A stretch of DNA of 46,290 bases, taken from NCBI GenBank assembly GCA_025454635.1, contig JALOOB010000013.1, positions 1-46,290 of the forward strand. The letters are read 5' to 3'. The notes beneath the pieces are model-generated. The model had not been told where the DNA came from, ran no database searches, and saw only the letters and a program-made list of their open reading frames with translations. Positions 42,048 to 46,290 of this stretch are shown here, one piece after another. Made by a program: the position numbers and the translations under genes. The stretch's first letter is position 1. The number at the start of each line of letters is the position of its first letter. Source of the DNA: Anaerolineae bacterium. Lineage in GTDB: Bacteria > Chloroflexota > Anaerolineae > CG2-30-64-16.

Positions 42048-42131
42048 TGCGCGCTCCGAATGATGGCTGAGGGTAAGGATAGCGGATTTGGAGGCGATGC
42101 GCAAGGGCCCTGAGGCGAGCGCCCCGCGCAA

Positions 42132-43022
42132 CTACGCCAGAGCCGCCAGCGCGATCGCGCCCAGCACGCCCGCCCGGCGGCCGAGCCCAGGGCGGACGAT
42201 GTAGTCCGCGAGACCCGGCTTGAGCCACGGCGACTGGATGTAGCCGCGCAGCAGCCGCTCGACTTCGGCGCGCACCTTTGCCAGCAGGTGCTCCTGCTCG
42301 GCCACGCCACCGCCCAGGATGATCATTTGGGGCGCGAGCGTGAAGATCATGTTGGTGAGCGCGTGCGCGAGCGTGCGCGCTTCGAGCGCCCACGCGGGGT
42401 GATCTTCGGGCAGCGTCTGCGCGGGCTGGCCCCAGCGCTTTGCGATGGCGGGGCCGGAGGCCAATCCTTCGAGGCAGTCGCCGTGGTACGGGCAAGCGCC
42501 CGCGAAGAGCGCAACTTCTTCGGGATCACGCGGGAGGTACATATGCCCCATCTCGGGGTGCTGAAGCCCATGCACCGGCCTGCCGCCGACCAGCAACCCA
42601 CCGCCAACGCCAGTGCCGACAGTCAGGTAGATGAGCGGGTCGCGGCCCTGCCCCGCGCCCCAGACATATTCGCCGAGCGCGGCCGCGTTGACGTCGGTGT
42701 CGAAGAAGACGGGGAGTGCGAGCGCCGCGGCCATTGCGCCCGCGAAGTCGATGTTGGCCCAGCCGGGTTTCGGCGTTGTGGTGATGTAACCGTAGGTGGG
42801 AGAGGCACGGTCGAGGTCGACCGGGCCGAACGAGGCAATGCCGAGCGCGGCAAGCGGCTCGCCGTGCGCTTCGTTTTGAAAGAACCGAATCGCCCGGCCA
42901 AAGGTCTCGGCGGGCGTGGTGGTGGGAAAGCTGACCTCGGCCCGCAGGTCGTCCGGCCCGGATGCGATCGCGCACACGAATTTCGTGCCGCCGGCCTCGA
43001 TGCCCCCGTAGAGTTGTGTCAT
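42132..43022 (-). CDS. ROK-family sugar kinase (fructokinase/Mak-like)
   Basis: GAGG 7 nt before the ATG at 43022. [35 protein letters not shown]...[10 protein letters not shown] zinc motif. Confidence 0.85.
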   Translation of the reverse strand: MTQLYGGIEAGGTKFVCAIASGPDDLRAEVSFPTTTPAETFGRAIRFFQNEAHGEPLAALGIASFGPVDLDRASPTYGYITTTPKPGWANIDFAGAMAAALALPVFFDTDVNAAALGEYVWGAGQGRDPLIYLTVGTGVGGGLLVGGRPVHGLQHPEMGHMYLPRDPEEVALFAGACPYHGDCLEGLASGPAIAKRWGQPAQTLPEDHPAWALEARTLAHALTNMIFTLAPQMIILGGGVAEQEHLLAKVRAEVERLLRGYIQSPWLKPGLADYIVRPGLGRRAGVLGAIALAALA

Positions 43023-43114
43023 GCTGTGTCCTCGCGCTGGTGGTTGCGTGGTCGGCCTATTGTAACCTACGTGAGGCGGAGTTGCCACTGCGAGAGGGAC
43101 GTCGCCCGGCTCAG

Positions 43115-43145
43115 AAAAAAGGCCCCGGGGGATGCCGGGGCCTTT
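43115..43145 (-). terminator. Intrinsic terminator downstream of katG
   Basis: GGCCCCGG-6 nt-CCGGGGCC (43121-43142), flanked by A6 on the plus strand (U6 after the hairpin on the minus strand). Confidence 0.85.
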
Positions 43146-43177
43146 GCCTTACCGTGTTTCTCGCTTCTGCGCCGCGA

Positions 43178-45416
<2,239 letters not shown>

Positions 45417-45860
45417 CTACGGACTGCGCCGGCATGCCGGGCATACGCCGTAGAAATCGAGACGGTGGCTGATCACCTGGTATCCGGTGAGTTCGGCGAC
45501 CTCCTGGGTCAGGTCGTCAACCAGCGACACCTGCGGATCCATAATGTTGTGGCACCGTACGCAGATCAGGTGCGGATGGGGATAGGGGCGGTTGCCGTCG
45601 TAACGGTTGTCGTCGTTGCTGAAACCCAACTCGAGCACCTCGCCCAGCTCCTTGAGCAGGCTGAGCGTCTTGTAGACCGTCGCAAGGCTGGTCGTCGGGA
45701 ACTGCGTTTTAATCTGCTCGTAAAGCCCGGTGGCGCTGGGATGGCCTTCACCGGACGCGATGATACGCAGCAGCGCCATACGTTGGGGAGTGAGGCGATG
45801 ATCGCTCCCCTTCAGCCTGGCGACCAGTTGCTGATAGCGGGATTCGGTGTCCGTCGTCAC
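45417..45860 (-). CDS. Fur-family (FurA/PerR-like) transcriptional regulator upstream of katG
   Basis: LTPQRMALLRII, winged-helix region, HPHLICVRCHNI and C-terminal CPAC metal sites. GTG at 45860 preferred because the predicted transcription start (~45904) lies 5 nt upstream of the TTG at 45899. Confidence 0.8.
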   Translation of the reverse strand: MTTDTESRYQQLVARLKGSDHRLTPQRMALLRIIASGEGHPSATGLYEQIKTQFPTTSLATVYKTLSLLKELGEVLELGFSNDDNRYDGNRPYPHPHLICVRCHNIMDPQVSLVDDLTQEVAELTGYQVISHRLDFYGVCPACRRSP

Positions 45861-45910
45861 TATGTAACTTCGCGCAAGCAATAGTCTATGGATAATCAAT
45901 TTCCGTAACG

Positions 45911-45939
45911 ATTGTATGCGGACGGGCCGCGCTTGTCAA
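45911..45939 (-). promoter_or_regulatory. Consensus sigma70 promoter of the fur-katG unit (TTGACA - 17 nt - TACAAT), followed by AT-rich Fur-box-like sequence
   Basis: Reverse complement of 45934-45939 is TTGACA. Reverse complement of 45911-45916 is TACAAT. Downstream is GAAATTGATTATCCATAGACTATTG (45903-45879). Confidence 0.55.
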
Positions 45940-46199
45940 GGCTGCCGGCGGCCGGATAGCCGCGATGGGCTTCTGCTCGGCTGCAGCGCACAACTCGCGA
46001 CAATCGCCGGCGGTCTTGAGCATGGCGCGGAAGTCGTCGATGCATCGCTTGTCGTAGTCAAGCGCCCTGGACAAAAGGACCAACATCGGGTTAACTCTAC
46101 GGGGGCTGGTTGGGTGGGGTCAGAGGCAATTTGTGGATGCTCAGACACACGCCTGTTGTCCGGCGCAAGTGGCTTAGAAGGGCATATGGGGGCTGCATA

Positions 46200-46290
46200 A
46201 TGTGTCCGATGCGAAACATCCGGGTGGTGGCTTATGATCCTGCCTGGCCCGCGGCTTTCGAGCAGGAGGCTGCCGCTCTGTCCGTCATCC
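46200..46290 (+). CDS. GrpB-family protein, N-terminal fragment (continues beyond the window)
   Basis: MCPMRNIRVVAYDPAWPAAFEQEAAALSVI matches the 'I.V..YDP.WP..F..E' N-terminus recalled for GrpB proteins. Confidence 0.5.
   Translation, partial: MCPMRNIRVVAYDPAWPAAFEQEAAALSVI

Noticed and set aside
34919-43088. Treating ROK kinase, RsbW-like kinase, S24-like protein and A2M as one novel defence or stress 'system'
   Set aside because: Co-orientation is the only evidence. A strong terminator precedes the ROK gene, but nothing links the four functions, so only the neighbourhood is reported.
45886-46086. 66-aa minus-strand ORF upstream of the fur-family gene
   Set aside because: It contains the consensus TTGACA-17-TACAAT promoter of the fur-katG unit within its 3' part. 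No ribosome-binding site or similarity was recognised.

Overview
High-GC bacterial chromosomal window, possibly Chloroflexota-like (a guess). About 35 supportable genes; most long antisense ORFs in the track are GC-driven shadows.

Gene content:
- Left part: 3' end of an MmeI-like restriction-modification methyltransferase, a large secreted multidomain GH13 amylase/pullulanase, DUF1360 and DUF1295 membrane proteins, a frameshifted GyrI-like gene, an FAD-linked oxidase, and a stand-alone glutamate synthase large subunit (gltB).
- Centre (14.3-25.4 kb, minus strand): an aromatic amino acid supraoperon in the order leader, AroH-type chorismate mutase/prephenate dehydratase, DAHP synthase, tyrA, aroA, aroE, then an antisense MNT/HepT toxin-antitoxin pair, DUF3565, GNAT, aroC, aroK-aroB fusion, aroQ.
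- Right part: M1 aminopeptidase lipoprotein, SpoU methyltransferase, bacterial PH-domain protein, fatty-acid desaturase, arylsulfatase, MalT/LuxR STAND regulator, a ~2040-aa thioester alpha-2-macroglobulin lipoprotein, S24-like peptidase, RsbW-like kinase, ROK kinase, disrupted katG with a Fur-family regulator, and the start of a GrpB gene.

Most interesting observations:
1. A consensus promoter, a 33-codon mini-ORF with five consecutive Phe/Tyr codons (FYFYY) and a strong intrinsic terminator lie upstream of the aromatic operon. This is a candidate ribosome-mediated attenuator.
2. AT-rich palindromic elements built from phased 7-nt or 9-nt units fill four intercistronic spacers of that operon. 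One relative sits in frame inside gltB, adding about 25 codons.
3. Several conserved genes (aroA, katG, the GyrI-like gene) carry frame-breaking lesions, including a perfect 20-bp tandem duplication. This means either gene decay or assembly error.

All calls rest on reading the sequence and translations by eye. No searches or RNA folding were run.
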